Shown here: positions 7,611-17,362 of the stretch, one piece after another
Layout of the letters: each line of letters starts with the position of its first letter
Position numbering within the stretch: the first letter of the stretch is position 1
Origin: an uncultured Bacteroidales bacterium
Lineage (GTDB): Bacteria > Bacteroidota > Bacteroidia > Bacteroidales > WCHB1-69
DNA length: 64,000 bases
Reading direction: 5' to 3'
Assembly: GCA_946409645.1 (NCBI GenBank)
Contig: CAMJXE010000007.1
Coordinates: 2,468 to 66,467, forward strand
Program-made: the position numbers and the translations under genes
Notes under the pieces: model-generated
Told to the model about the DNA's origin: nothing
The model's database searches: none
What the model saw: only the letters and a program-made list of their open reading frames with translations

Positions 7611-9668
7611 ATGCAGAAGAGACATTTATCCCTTTTCGTGGCCACCCTCGCCACCCTTTTCATCACCCTCGCCGCCTCCGCCCAGGGCGAGTGGAAGTGG
7701 GCGCATTACTGGACAGGCAATGGTGGCAACTATAGCGAAATATTTAATAATGTTACAAACACAGCATTTGATGAAGAAGGGAACATCTATGTCTATGGCA
7801 CCATGGGCGGAAACGTCAGTTTGGACGGGGAAATGCTTATGTTTTCCAGTAATTCTGACGTGATTACTACTTCGAAGCAATCTATACTATTAGCAAAATT
7901 CGATACGCTGGGAACAATGCTATGGTATAAAGTGATAAAATGTAATAGCGACTATTGGTCTATTCCAAAATGGATGGCCGTAAAAAACGACAGGATATAC
8001 ATTACTGGAATAACGGGTATGTGGGGCGATTATAACTATTGGTTGTATTATATTGACACCTTGATAACAAAAGCAGATGTGCTGAATCTGCCGGAATCGG
8101 AAAGAAAGCCACCTTATAAACGTAGCTGCTGGACATTCTTCTCCCAGTTGGATTTGGACGGAAACCGAATAGAAGATCATTTTGTGGAAACATATACGAG
8201 AGAATATTATGGCTATAGTCACACACGAATGGTAGGACCTATAAGCACAGACGAATATGCATATCCAACTCCTATGCATATAGATAATGAAGGTAACATC
8301 TACTTGTTCGCACAATTAGATTACGCAGGGAATGAGGAAGACCCCTATACTGTAGTCATAGACGGGGATTCCTCCAAAACTTATGACTTGTATTTGCCCA
8401 ATAGCAGTTGCGGTAGTACCGCCTTGCATAATATGATGTTTTACAAATTTACACCGAACTGGGAGTTGGGTTTTGCCAAACTGATGGTACAAAACACCGA
8501 AGGGATTGCCACCTCTTGGGAATTTGCACACGACAGTATCAACCCTCAATATTTTATACATCCTGAATGGTTGTCATACGATGAGGAAGACAACATGTAT
8601 GTTTCAGGTTTTGTGATGCTTGGGCTATCTTTTTATGGTGCATCCTTGCACCAGTATCCCGTTCACATTCATTTTGACAGTTTGCATTATGCAACCATAA
8701 ATGACCAAAGCGGTACTCGTAGATTAAACTTTGTTATAAAATATAATACAGATGGTGACATTCTATGGTGTAACCAAATATACACAAAAGGAAATCCTCA
8801 TACCTCTCCCTATGCTTATGCTGAATTATATGGAAATTGCTATCACAATAATTCGTTGTACATAACTGGGCGTGGAACATACAGTCTTGACGAATCAGTT
8901 GGTATTTTCTTTGACAGTACTTATTCTGTTCGATTGCAAGGTCCACAAAATATTGTAACAAATGTCGGCTATTTTGTCAGATATGATGCCACTTCGGGGA
9001 ATTACATGAATCACGGGGTTGTTCCTGTTATAGACGACAATTCATCCGCCTCACCCGGTCCTGTTCCTGCTGTCATAAACAACAGAGTTTTCGCGTTGTC
9101 CTTATATAAACAGTTTTCTTGGGATCCTGCAATTATTCAATGGAACACCGACGGTAACTTCATCAGCCATATCCCTTTTTCGACAGAACAGTCTGAATTA
9201 GGTGCCGTCAATGCCAAACAAGATGGAACTCTTTTGGTTAATATGGCCGCGTTCTCTCCTGTGACTTTCAGCAACAATGTGGTCGCCAATTGCGATAATC
9301 CCGGAAGCAGTCATGCTGTATTCGCGTTGTATCATAATCCTGAATTTACCGAACCCTTCGTCCCCGACGACTCCGTTGGCATCGAGGATTACCTTGACAG
9401 GCGCGAGCGCGACATTTACATTTCTCCCAACCCCACGAGCGGTCCGACTTCTGTGCACGGTTATATGTACGGTTACCAGAGCATAGAACTCTATGACCTC
9501 CAAGGCCGAAAACTCGCCGACCTGGTGGAGGCATGGCAACCCTCCAATGCCTCCACGATGCAGCCCATACCGGCGTTTGACCTCTCCCCGTATCCCTCCG
9601 GCACCTACCTCGTGAAGATCAACTTCGAGCGAGGGGTGAGCGTGGTGAGGAAAATAGTTAGGAGTTAG
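7611..9668 (+). CDS. T9SS type A sorting-domain protein, probable beta-propeller passenger
   Basis: Signal peptide ending ASA-Q; repeats DEEGNIYVYG, DNEGNIYLF, DEEDNMYVSG; CTD ISPNPT...LYDLQGR...SGTYLVKI...RKIV; start trimmed to ATG 7611. Confidence 0.85.
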   Translation: MQKRHLSLFVATLATLFITLAASAQGEWKWAHYWTGNGGNYSEIFNNVTNTAFDEEGNIYVYGTMGGNVSLDGEMLMFSSNSDVITTSKQSILLAKFDTLGTMLWYKVIKCNSDYWSIPKWMAVKNDRIYITGITGMWGDYNYWLYYIDTLITKADVLNLPESERKPPYKRSCWTFFSQLDLDGNRIEDHFVETYTREYYGYSHTRMVGPISTDEYAYPTPMHIDNEGNIYLFAQLDYAGNEEDPYTVVIDGDSSKTYDLYLPNSSCGSTALHNMMFYKFTPNWELGFAKLMVQNTEGIATSWEFAHDSINPQYFIHPEWLSYDEEDNMYVSGFVMLGLSFYGASLHQYPVHIHFDSLHYATINDQSGTRRLNFVIKYNTDGDILWCNQIYTKGNPHTSPYAYAELYGNCYHNNSLYITGRGTYSLDESVGIFFDSTYSVRLQGPQNIVTNVGYFVRYDATSGNYMNHGVVPVIDDNSSASPGPVPAVINNRVFALSLYKQFSWDPAIIQWNTDGNFISHIPFSTEQSELGAVNAKQDGTLLVNMAAFSPVTFSNNVVANCDNPGSSHAVFALYHNPEFTEPFVPDDSVGIEDYLDRRERDIYISPNPTSGPTSVHGYMYGYQSIELYDLQGRKLADLVEAWQPSNASTMQPIPAFDLSPYPSGTYLVKINFERGVSVVRKIVRS

Positions 9669-10305
9669 CAGTTGGGTGTCGGCGGGACGGATATTCAGGC
9701 GAAAAGTTCACCTTCGCCACGCCGGTGGTGTCCACATATTCGCCAGTGTCAAGAAATTTCGCCAATGACAACGCTATCTGAGAGAACGGGCTCTCCACGG
9801 CCTCTAATTGGCGTCCCATATAGACATATTCTTCCAATACCACGTCCGGATTAGCTTGAAAGGTGTTCTTACGATACCTCTTGGACACCATGATGCTTAG
9901 ATTGAAATCGTTAGCATCGTGCTCCAAATATTTCCCGGCGTTTGCATGATGGTTGCTGACCCTTATGGAAACCCTCATCTGGTTTTCACCTATTTCAAAA
10001 ACAGCATAACTACTGGCACTCTTCGGGTTCATGCCCAATGCTGTTTTCAAATCAAAGATAAACCCTTTCGGTTCTTTGACAAGCTTATAACTTTCGGCAA
10101 GACTATTTAATTTTTCTTTTGTAAGTTCTATTATTTTTTGTATTTTTGCAGCGTCATTTTCCTGAGAAGCTCTAGTGACTAAAGGTCTGCTTATCAGTTC
10201 AGGAGAATGACTTTTTTGTTTCTTCATATTTTGCGTTTTTAGTTTATTTGGCGGGTGTCCGTCTGCATGGATATTATCAACAAGTTCAGCCTCGTTCTTT
10301 TTCAT
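9658..10305 (-). CDS. Hypothetical protein with SSYAVF...IRVSNHH motif (copy A)
   Basis: 215-aa ORF with its own promoter (TAAATTTG on minus, 10330-10337); near-identical copy at 51166..51927. Confidence 0.75.
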   Translation of the reverse strand: MKKNEAELVDNIHADGHPPNKLKTQNMKKQKSHSPELISRPLVTRASQENDAAKIQKIIELTKEKLNSLAESYKLVKEPKGFIFDLKTALGMNPKSASSYAVFEIGENQMRVSIRVSNHHANAGKYLEHDANDFNLSIMVSKRYRKNTFQANPDVVLEEYVYMGRQLEAVESPFSQIALSLAKFLDTGEYVDTTGVAKVNFSPEYPSRRHPTANS

Positions 10306-10550
10306 TTCTAAATTTTAAGTAGTGGCTCGCAAATTTACAAAATTAAAGCAAACAAATCAAGTGCAAAATGTATTTAACTCATTAAGAATCAAAATGATAA
10401 AAGTGGCATTTTTAGTTTGAAAAGTAGTTGTTTTCGGAAAGGAAATGGCAAAGTGCAAAAAAAGCACAAAACCGTACTTGGCGATGCATCATATTTAACG
10501 CCTGAAATTTTGGAAGTTTTTCCCCCATGAGGATGCAGTTTCCGTTCACC
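9681..10550. repeat. Dispersed ~870-bp direct repeat, copy A (copy B ~51304-52170)
   Basis: 9842-10233 appears identical to 51464-51855 by eye; flanks are similar but diverged. Confidence 0.9.
10118..10217 (+). ncRNA. Candidate intragenic antisense sRNA with its promoter (copy A)
   Basis: TTTG(10118)-N19-TATTTTTG(10141), then a 13-bp stem GTCATTTTCCTGA/TCAGGAGAATGAC and T6. Confidence 0.6.
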
Positions 10551-10591
10551 CCGATCTCGCCCCCGGCACCTACATCGCGCTCGCGGAGATT

Positions 10592-11053
10592 TCACTTACG
10601 GCAAAACACCCGTCGGTTCCCGCACACCCGGTCGCCGAACCGGTTCGCCCACTTCTCGCAGTACAGCTCGTAATACGACATCCTTTTCCTCTTCCGGAGC
10701 CGTTCAAAACAGGGCAGGGTGGCCCAAAGGATGGAGGGGATGGCGATGACCGGTAAAAACAGCGGTCCCAACAGGATGGACTGCAGACAGTGCCCGTATT
10801 CGTGCACCAGCAAGTCGTAGTCCATCTTCGAAATCGCCCCTTTGTCGCTTTCGCTCAAGTCCGTGTCGTTCAGGAAGATGAACATCCCGCATCCGGCGCT
10901 GTAGGGGATTTTCCAACAAGTCACCACGCTCGATCGGAAGAGGAAATGCCGGTTCGGAAGAAACACCAGGAACAGAAGCAGACCAATGGCATTCTGGACA
11001 ATCCCCCACGTCCACTGCACCACCGCGCAAAGCAAAAATCTGACCGTGTTCAT
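10592..11053 (-). CDS. Membrane protein with HExxH motif
   Basis: Hydrophobic segments, HEYGH, downstream E.WA. Confidence 0.7.
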   Translation of the reverse strand: MNTVRFLLCAVVQWTWGIVQNAIGLLLFLVFLPNRHFLFRSSVVTCWKIPYSAGCGMFIFLNDTDLSESDKGAISKMDYDLLVHEYGHCLQSILLGPLFLPVIAIPSILWATLPCFERLRKRKRMSYYELYCEKWANRFGDRVCGNRRVFCRK

Positions 11054-11056
11054 AAG

Positions 11057-12784
11057 CTAAGCCATTGGGATTTCTTCGTTAAACGCTATCCCGTTCTTAT
11101 ATCGTCCGGACACGCGGACAACGTGCCGCTTCGCATCCCCGAAGAACACCACCCTTGCACGATTGTCGGACTTTTCCAACAACACGCCACCATCCACATG
11201 CCAATGTATCTCGGCGATGTCCGTGTTGTCAATACGGAAGAATGGAGATCCCGCACTTTCTTGATGCAGGTTTACGGGCTTAGGCACCATTTCCGCGTAG
11301 AAGAACTGCGTCACGGAGTCTTGGATGGTGTAGAAATAGGGAACTATGTTGCGATGTTCATCGACATGGAGGCTGTGCTGGCTCGCGCCCGCCACCGTGA
11401 ACAGCTTGTTGCGGACACCGTGTCTGTCAAGGTATTCGTGAATACAGGCGGATCCGTACATGGGCGAGACAATCTTGTCCCATACGGGCACCGAGAAGGA
11501 TTGGACCCACTCCTGTACCTTTTCCGCCACCGGATCCCACACGCTAATCGTTACGGGTTGATCTTCCAACGCCCCGTCACGATGCTCCGAAGGGACGGGA
11601 TGTTCAGACAGGAAACGATGGAGCTGGTTCTTCATCTCGCTCGTCAGTGAGGAGGCCAGCAATTTCAAAAAAGGCTGCCCGTAACCGTATGGCACGATGC
11701 CGTCCGCGTCGCCGTGGAACGAGATGACCGGTATGCGGCTGTTGGCGAGGATGCACGTGTCGTGTACGGCTCCCCACATGTTCGCCACGGCCTTGATGTT
11801 GAAAGTCTCCGTGAATTTCGGGTTCAATTTGGCGATTTTGCCTTCTTGCAGGACGGACTTCGGCCGGTTTCCATCCTTCATAAACGCGACATTCAGCGCC
11901 GTGATGCCTCCCGCACTTGTGCCCCACGTGAAAATCCAGTCGGGGTTAATTCTGTAAGTGTCAGCGTGATGCAGCAAATATCGAATGGCGGCATTCACGT
12001 CCTGGGCGGCACGGTAACCGGCACAGTCGATGGCATTCTTGTAAGGCAGAAAACCCATGCGGTAGTTGACGGACACGACCACATAGCCCAAGGAAGCGTA
12101 GTGGCGGCACCATTTCACGTAGGTTTCGTCTTGTTTGTCGCCGTTATAGAATGCCCCGCCGTGAATCAGCACCATCAAGGGACGCATGGCGTCGGAATGG
12201 TCCAAGGGTTCGTAAATGTCCATGCACAACGGGATGACATTCGTGTCGGCCAGCTGCGGAAACCGTTCCGTGTAGATGGCCGAAAAGGGCTTGTCCTCAT
12301 CGGGGTAACTGCTCCAAAAGCCGTTGGCGCGGGCGTATTCCACATCGGCGGTCTCCTTCACACCGTAGAGAGAGTCGAGGAGCTGACGGCAATAGCGAAC
12401 CGTGTCGATTTCGCACCGTTCCAGCGTGAACTTCCGGGGCAGTTCCGCGCTTCGGCAACGGCAGACCAACCGGTTCTGTACGAAACGCCAACGCACTTTG
12501 GCGGGGTGTTGAAGACCCGCGCCTTCCAACGTGCCGCCTCGCCCGTTAGTCGCGATTTCGAAAACCATCGACTTCGGCTCGATATTGAGTGAATCAGTCT
12601 GAAAAGCACTGATTATCAAATTATTGTTGCATATACCATCGATTCTGACTACGATGGTCTTCTCGTGGATTCGGGTCATATAGCAGGCTCCACTGTCCAG
12701 GGAAAGGGTGTCCCTGCGGCAGGAAGAGGCCGCTATCGACAGCAGAATGGTGACGATGAAAACAAAGAAGAATCTTTTTCCCAT
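11057..12784 (-). CDS. Alpha/beta-hydrolase (carboxylesterase/lipase-like) lipoprotein
   Basis: Lipobox AASS-C; HGGAF oxyanion motif, GTSAG nucleophile, HGDADGIVP. Confidence 0.85.
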   Translation of the reverse strand: MGKRFFFVFIVTILLSIAASSCRRDTLSLDSGACYMTRIHEKTIVVRIDGICNNNLIISAFQTDSLNIEPKSMVFEIATNGRGGTLEGAGLQHPAKVRWRFVQNRLVCRCRSAELPRKFTLERCEIDTVRYCRQLLDSLYGVKETADVEYARANGFWSSYPDEDKPFSAIYTERFPQLADTNVIPLCMDIYEPLDHSDAMRPLMVLIHGGAFYNGDKQDETYVKWCRHYASLGYVVVSVNYRMGFLPYKNAIDCAGYRAAQDVNAAIRYLLHHADTYRINPDWIFTWGTSAGGITALNVAFMKDGNRPKSVLQEGKIAKLNPKFTETFNIKAVANMWGAVHDTCILANSRIPVISFHGDADGIVPYGYGQPFLKLLASSLTSEMKNQLHRFLSEHPVPSEHRDGALEDQPVTISVWDPVAEKVQEWVQSFSVPVWDKIVSPMYGSACIHEYLDRHGVRNKLFTVAGASQHSLHVDEHRNIVPYFYTIQDSVTQFFYAEMVPKPVNLHQESAGSPFFRIDNTDIAEIHWHVDGGVLLEKSDNRARVVFFGDAKRHVVRVSGRYKNGIAFNEEIPMA

Positions 12785-13195
12785 AACCGTTCGGTATTGG
12801 TTTTTGGTGGCAAAAATAGGAATTTTATTTTAGACTCGCTGCAGAAGTATTCGGACTCTCGTAACCTTGACATATAAAGGGATTTACAATCTTTTTCTTC
12901 ATACAATTCAGACTAAAATATATTCTACATCCATTACATGATTTCCGTAACGGAAAAACTGAAACGCCAAAATACTTTTTTTGTTATCCGAACGCTGTTC
13001 GATAGCCTTTTACTAAAGTTTCGCAAGTATGATTCAAACCGTTTTGTGGAAATTTGTTGTTGAACGGAGGCGATTCCGCCAGTTCCTATCATCACTGGCG
13101 AAATGGTGTATCGCACACGGGGTCAAAAGGAGGGATAATATAGAGACACTATGCGTCCCCTCTGCTGGTAATAACTCCTAAAGGATTGACTATCA

Positions 13196-13735
13196 TTATT
13201 TCACAGTGATGGTTTTGATAATCTCCTCGAGTTCTTGCACGTGTTGAGGTGAGTCTGCGGTTAGAATGCAGGTGACAATAAAATTCTTCTGTATAAACAC
13301 CACCATTTTTCCTTGAATATCAATGCCTTCCACTGTGGCAGTGTAGTCGGCGGAAACATTGGAATAAGGTATGGGAAACTCTTTGACATCACTGGTCTTC
13401 AATGATTTGAACGTACTCCCCAACTCGGAAACTATGGCGGGTATGATTTCGTTGAAAAAGACTTTCCGCGCAAGACTTGTGGAGAGATCTTTTGCCAAGT
13501 TTTTAGAGAAACTGATAGTGGCCATCGAGACGGCCTCTACATCTTCGGGTGCCGTACAGATAAAGGTATAGGTTTTGTCTTCACGATCGTACTCTTTGTC
13601 TGTGATGATATAACTGTCCGGATAGCTGATGGAAAGTCCCTGCCAAGAGAAAGTTTTTGTCTTTGACCCGCTTTGGCTCCATGCGGTGACCGCAAACAAA
13701 AGGACGACAAGAGAGATAATAATACGTTTCATCAT
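13196..13735 (-). CDS. Secreted hypothetical protein
   Basis: Signal peptide AWS-Q; 179 aa. Confidence 0.65.
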   Translation of the reverse strand: MMKRIIISLVVLLFAVTAWSQSGSKTKTFSWQGLSISYPDSYIITDKEYDREDKTYTFICTAPEDVEAVSMATISFSKNLAKDLSTSLARKVFFNEIIPAIVSELGSTFKSLKTSDVKEFPIPYSNVSADYTATVEGIDIQGKMVVFIQKNFIVTCILTADSPQHVQELEEIIKTITVK

Positions 13736-13937
13736 TGTTATCGCTTTTATTGAGAAGACTTCTGTTATTCAACTTGTTACATCATACTCCCCATCCTGCA
13801 ACGTCTGTAAAACAGGATTAGAATATAAAAATGCAAAAGTATATAAATTACGAATACACAGGCAAATGAAAATGCCTTGTAATCACAGTTTACTAATCCC
13901 TAAAAATCCTATCTTTGCCGCTCCTAAATCTCCTGAA

Positions 13938-16346
13938 ATGAAAAAGTTTCTAACCCCCATAATCCTCCTCGCTATGGTTAACGCAACCGCGCAACGCGAT
14001 TATACCCAGTATGTTAACCCGATGATCGGGACCAACGGCATGGGGCACACTTTCCCTGGCGCGTGCTACCCATTCGGGGGCGTGCAGGTGAGTCCCGACA
14101 CGGACACCATCCCCCACAACATCAACGGCCGCTACCAGCCGGGCGTCTATGACTACTGCGCCGGCTACCAGTACCGCGACAAGACCATCGTGGGCTTCAG
14201 CCACACCCACTTCAGCGGCACCGGCCACTCCGACATGGGCGACATCCTGCTGATGCCCTTCACTGGCGAAGTGCAGCTCAATCCCGGCACCGCCGACAAC
14301 CCCGACGGCGGCTACCGCTCGCGCTTCAGCCACACCACCGAGAAGGCTTCGCCGGGCTACTACGAGGTGCGCCTCAGCGACGACGACATCCTCGTGCAAC
14401 TCACCGCCACCCCGCACTGCGGCATCCACAAATACACCTTCCCCAAGGGAGAAACGCAGAAGCTCATCGTGGATCTCAACCACTGTCTCTACAACTACGA
14501 CGGCAAGGTGCTGTGGGCCTCCCTGCGCATGGAAGACCCCTACACGCTGACCGGCTACCGCATCACCAACGGCTGGGCTCGGGAGAACTACGTCTATTTT
14601 GCCATCCATTTCAGCAAACCCGTGGCGCACTACGGCTACCAGGATTTCGGGAAACAGAACTACCATGGTTTCTGGCGCCGTTTCGACCTGAACCACGACT
14701 TTCCCGAGATGGCGGGACGAAAGGTGGTGGCTTGGATAGAGTTTGAGCAAGATGATGACCCTGTGCTTGAAGTGCAAGTGGCCCTTTCCGCAGTCAGCAC
14801 GGATGGAGCAATGATAAACTTAGAAGCTGAGGCCCTGCGTCCTTACCGGCAGCAGAATGCCAAAGGTACCACAACAGACGCTTTTCATCGCCTTTCTTTC
14901 GATGAAATTTTTCAAAGCACGCAGAAAGCTTGGAATGACAAACTCGGCATCTACGAGGCACAAGGCACCCCCGACCAACTTGCGATGTTCTACACTTCGC
15001 TCTACCACACGATGATAAATCCCTCTATCTATCAGGATGTTGACGGAAAATATCGTGGCATTGACCACAATATACATCAGAATGAAGAAGGTCATACCAA
15101 CTATACGATTTTTTCCTTGTGGGACACCTACCGCGCCGAACACCCGCTACTGAACATCATTGACCCGAAAGCTGCTTGCGATATGGTTTCCTCTATGATA
15201 GACCACGCCGAGCAAAGCGTCCATCAAATCTTGCCCATTTGGAGTCACGCCGGAAATGAGAACTGGTGTATGATCGGCTACCACGGCGTGTCGGCGGTGG
15301 CAGACAACTATCTTTGTCATCATCCGAATTTTTACGGGGAAAATGTGAAAATGAATGGAGTTCTTATCAATGCTATGCCGTATATCCTAAACAGCGCAAA
15401 CTTAGACTATTATGACCACACTGACCTGTATAAAAAATTGGGCTATGTACCATACAACAAGTCTGCTGTCGGTACCTCCATTACTTTGGAAAACGCATAC
15501 GAAGATTGGGTGATTTACAATCTGATTGATAAAGGCAAAATTGCATCCTTATATGAAGAGATGAAGGAGACCTACCGCCAGCGCGCACTGAACTTCAAGA
15601 ACGTCTTCAATCCGGAGACGGGCTTTGCGCAGGCACGCTACGAGGACGGCTCGTGGAAGACGCCCGCCGACCTGCTCTCCACCTCCAACGAGGGCTTCAT
15701 CGAGGGCAACAGCTGGAACTATTCGTTCTACGTGCCGCACGATGTCAACGGCTTGATCAAGATCATGGGCGGCGACAAGGTCTTCGTGAACCGCTTGGAC
15801 GAGCTCTTCACGATGTACGTGCCCGACAAGTTCTTCGCTGAGACAGAGGATGTTACCCGCGAGGGGATGCTGGGCGGCTATGTGCACGGCAACGAGCCCA
15901 GCCACCACATCCCGTACCTCTACATGTGGACTTCCCAGCCGTGGAAGACGCAGCTGCGCGTGCGCGAGGTGATGAACAAGATGTACCGCAACCACCTCGA
16001 CGGGCTGTGCGGCAACGACGACTGCGGCCAGATGTCGGCGTGGTACATCTTCAGCGCGATGGGCTTCTATCCCGTCTGTCCCGCCAGCGGCCAGTACGTT
16101 TTCGGAGCCCCCTACCTGCCCGAGAATGTCCTCCATCTGCAAAACGGCAACACCCTGACCATCAAGGCCCCCAACGTCAGCGACCAGAACTGTTACATCC
16201 AGTCGGTGACGCTCAACGGCAAACCGCTGCACACCGCCTACATCACCTACGAGCAGATTATGGCCGGCGGCGAGCTCGTCTTCACCATGGGCAGCAAGCC
16301 GAACAAGAAATGGTTCACGGAGAAACCCTATTCATTAGAACCGTAG
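13938..16346 (+). CDS. GH92 alpha-mannosidase family protein
   Basis: YVNPMIGT..GHTFPGA, GFSHTHFSGTG, FSLWDTYRA, EGNSWNY, HGNEPSHH, GNDDCGQMSAWY; start trimmed to ATG 13938. Confidence 0.95.
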   Translation: MKKFLTPIILLAMVNATAQRDYTQYVNPMIGTNGMGHTFPGACYPFGGVQVSPDTDTIPHNINGRYQPGVYDYCAGYQYRDKTIVGFSHTHFSGTGHSDMGDILLMPFTGEVQLNPGTADNPDGGYRSRFSHTTEKASPGYYEVRLSDDDILVQLTATPHCGIHKYTFPKGETQKLIVDLNHCLYNYDGKVLWASLRMEDPYTLTGYRITNGWARENYVYFAIHFSKPVAHYGYQDFGKQNYHGFWRRFDLNHDFPEMAGRKVVAWIEFEQDDDPVLEVQVALSAVSTDGAMINLEAEALRPYRQQNAKGTTTDAFHRLSFDEIFQSTQKAWNDKLGIYEAQGTPDQLAMFYTSLYHTMINPSIYQDVDGKYRGIDHNIHQNEEGHTNYTIFSLWDTYRAEHPLLNIIDPKAACDMVSSMIDHAEQSVHQILPIWSHAGNENWCMIGYHGVSAVADNYLCHHPNFYGENVKMNGVLINAMPYILNSANLDYYDHTDLYKKLGYVPYNKSAVGTSITLENAYEDWVIYNLIDKGKIASLYEEMKETYRQRALNFKNVFNPETGFAQARYEDGSWKTPADLLSTSNEGFIEGNSWNYSFYVPHDVNGLIKIMGGDKVFVNRLDELFTMYVPDKFFAETEDVTREGMLGGYVHGNEPSHHIPYLYMWTSQPWKTQLRVREVMNKMYRNHLDGLCGNDDCGQMSAWYIFSAMGFYPVCPASGQYVFGAPYLPENVLHLQNGNTLTIKAPNVSDQNCYIQSVTLNGKPLHTAYITYEQIMAGGELVFTMGSKPNKKWFTEKPYSLEP

Positions 16347-16379
16347 GGACGTATCGCATACGTCCTATCGCATACGTCC
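16343..16379. repeat. REP-like GTAG palindrome overlapping the GH92 stop, with a partial tandem copy
   Basis: GTAG-GGACGTAT-CGC-ATACGTCC then TATCGCATACGTCC. Confidence 0.6.
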
Positions 16380-16499
16380 GCCAATGGTCATAAAAAAACT
16401 ATCACAAAATAATTTTCAATAACCATCGTTTCATATTGAAAAAAAGAGTATTTTTGCTGACTGATTAAAAATGTATTTTTACGTTAAAAACATAGAGAT

Positions 16500-17189
16500 A
16501 TGATCGCAAAGAAAACAGACAAAGGAAATTTGGAAAACAAGCGTGGAATGTTCCTCCTTGTCGGATTTGCCGTGGTTTTAGCACTTATTTACGCTGGTTT
16601 TGAACTTTTCGCCAACGAAGACAAGGCCCCCGCATTTGAGATGAATGATGACGAATTCATCACTGTGGTCGATGATGATGTCATTGCTACCGACCAAACT
16701 CCACCGCCTCCACAAGAACAACCTCAACAACAACAAGAGGTCGTGCTGAACATCGTGGAGAACAATATTCAAGTCAATACTGATTTGGACTTTTCTGTGG
16801 AATTCGATGAGACTGAGGCAATTGTTGATATGACTGATGATGAAATTTCCGTGGTTGAGGAAACAGCCGATGACGAACCTCCTATGATGTTCACCGAAGA
16901 TATGCCCGAATTCCCTGGCGGTGACGAGGCTCTTATGGCTTTCCTGCAACGCGAAATTCAATATCCCGAAGTGGCTCGTAACAATGGTATCACTGGTACT
17001 GTTCTTATCGAGTTCGTCGTGGAGAAAGACGGCCGCGTCAGTAACGCCAAAGTGAAAGTTCCCTTGTTCCCTGAGTGCGACAAGGAAGCTGTCCGCGGTG
17101 TCATGGCCATGCCGAAATGGAAACCCGGTAAGAACATGGGTAAACCCGTCCGTTGCTTCTTCCAAGTGCCTGTCACTTTCAGACAATAA
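16500..17189 (+). CDS. tonB: Energy transducer TonB (copy 1)
   Basis: N-terminal TM, PPPP linker, MPEFPGG...YPEVA...F.VEKDG...MPKWKPG...VPVTF. Confidence 0.92.
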   Translation: MIAKKTDKGNLENKRGMFLLVGFAVVLALIYAGFELFANEDKAPAFEMNDDEFITVVDDDVIATDQTPPPPQEQPQQQQEVVLNIVENNIQVNTDLDFSVEFDETEAIVDMTDDEISVVEETADDEPPMMFTEDMPEFPGGDEALMAFLQREIQYPEVARNNGITGTVLIEFVVEKDGRVSNAKVKVPLFPECDKEAVRGVMAMPKWKPGKNMGKPVRCFFQVPVTFRQ

Positions 17190-17248
17190 AGGCAACAGGA
17201 AATAGGCAAAAGGCAATAGTAAATTGCTATTTGAAACCTGAAGCTATA

Positions 17249-17276
17249 AAGGAATCCAATTGGGTTCCTTTTTTTA
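17249..17276 (+). terminator. Intrinsic terminator after tonB1
   Basis: aaggaatccaattgggttcc followed by T7. Confidence 0.7.
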
Positions 17277-17362
17277 TGCAATATTTTTTATTAGGTCTGC
17301 GTTGTTTTAATAAAGCAAGTGAAATTGCTGAACAAGAATGTTTCATATTAAAACACACAAAA

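Noticed and set aside
12790-13190. Intergenic palindromes (GTAACCTT...AGGGATTTAC, TTCCGTAACGGAA) and a 60-aa ORF
   Set aside because: Short or imperfect, single-copy in the window, no recognisable coding signal; could not be tied to an element.
13629-13937. N-terminal extensions given in the ORF track (GH92, tonB2, T9SS 7422, murF 44465, ileS 5830, GT2 43681)
   Set aside because: They cross promoter boxes or neighbouring genes; downstream ATGs give proper signal peptides or family N-termini.
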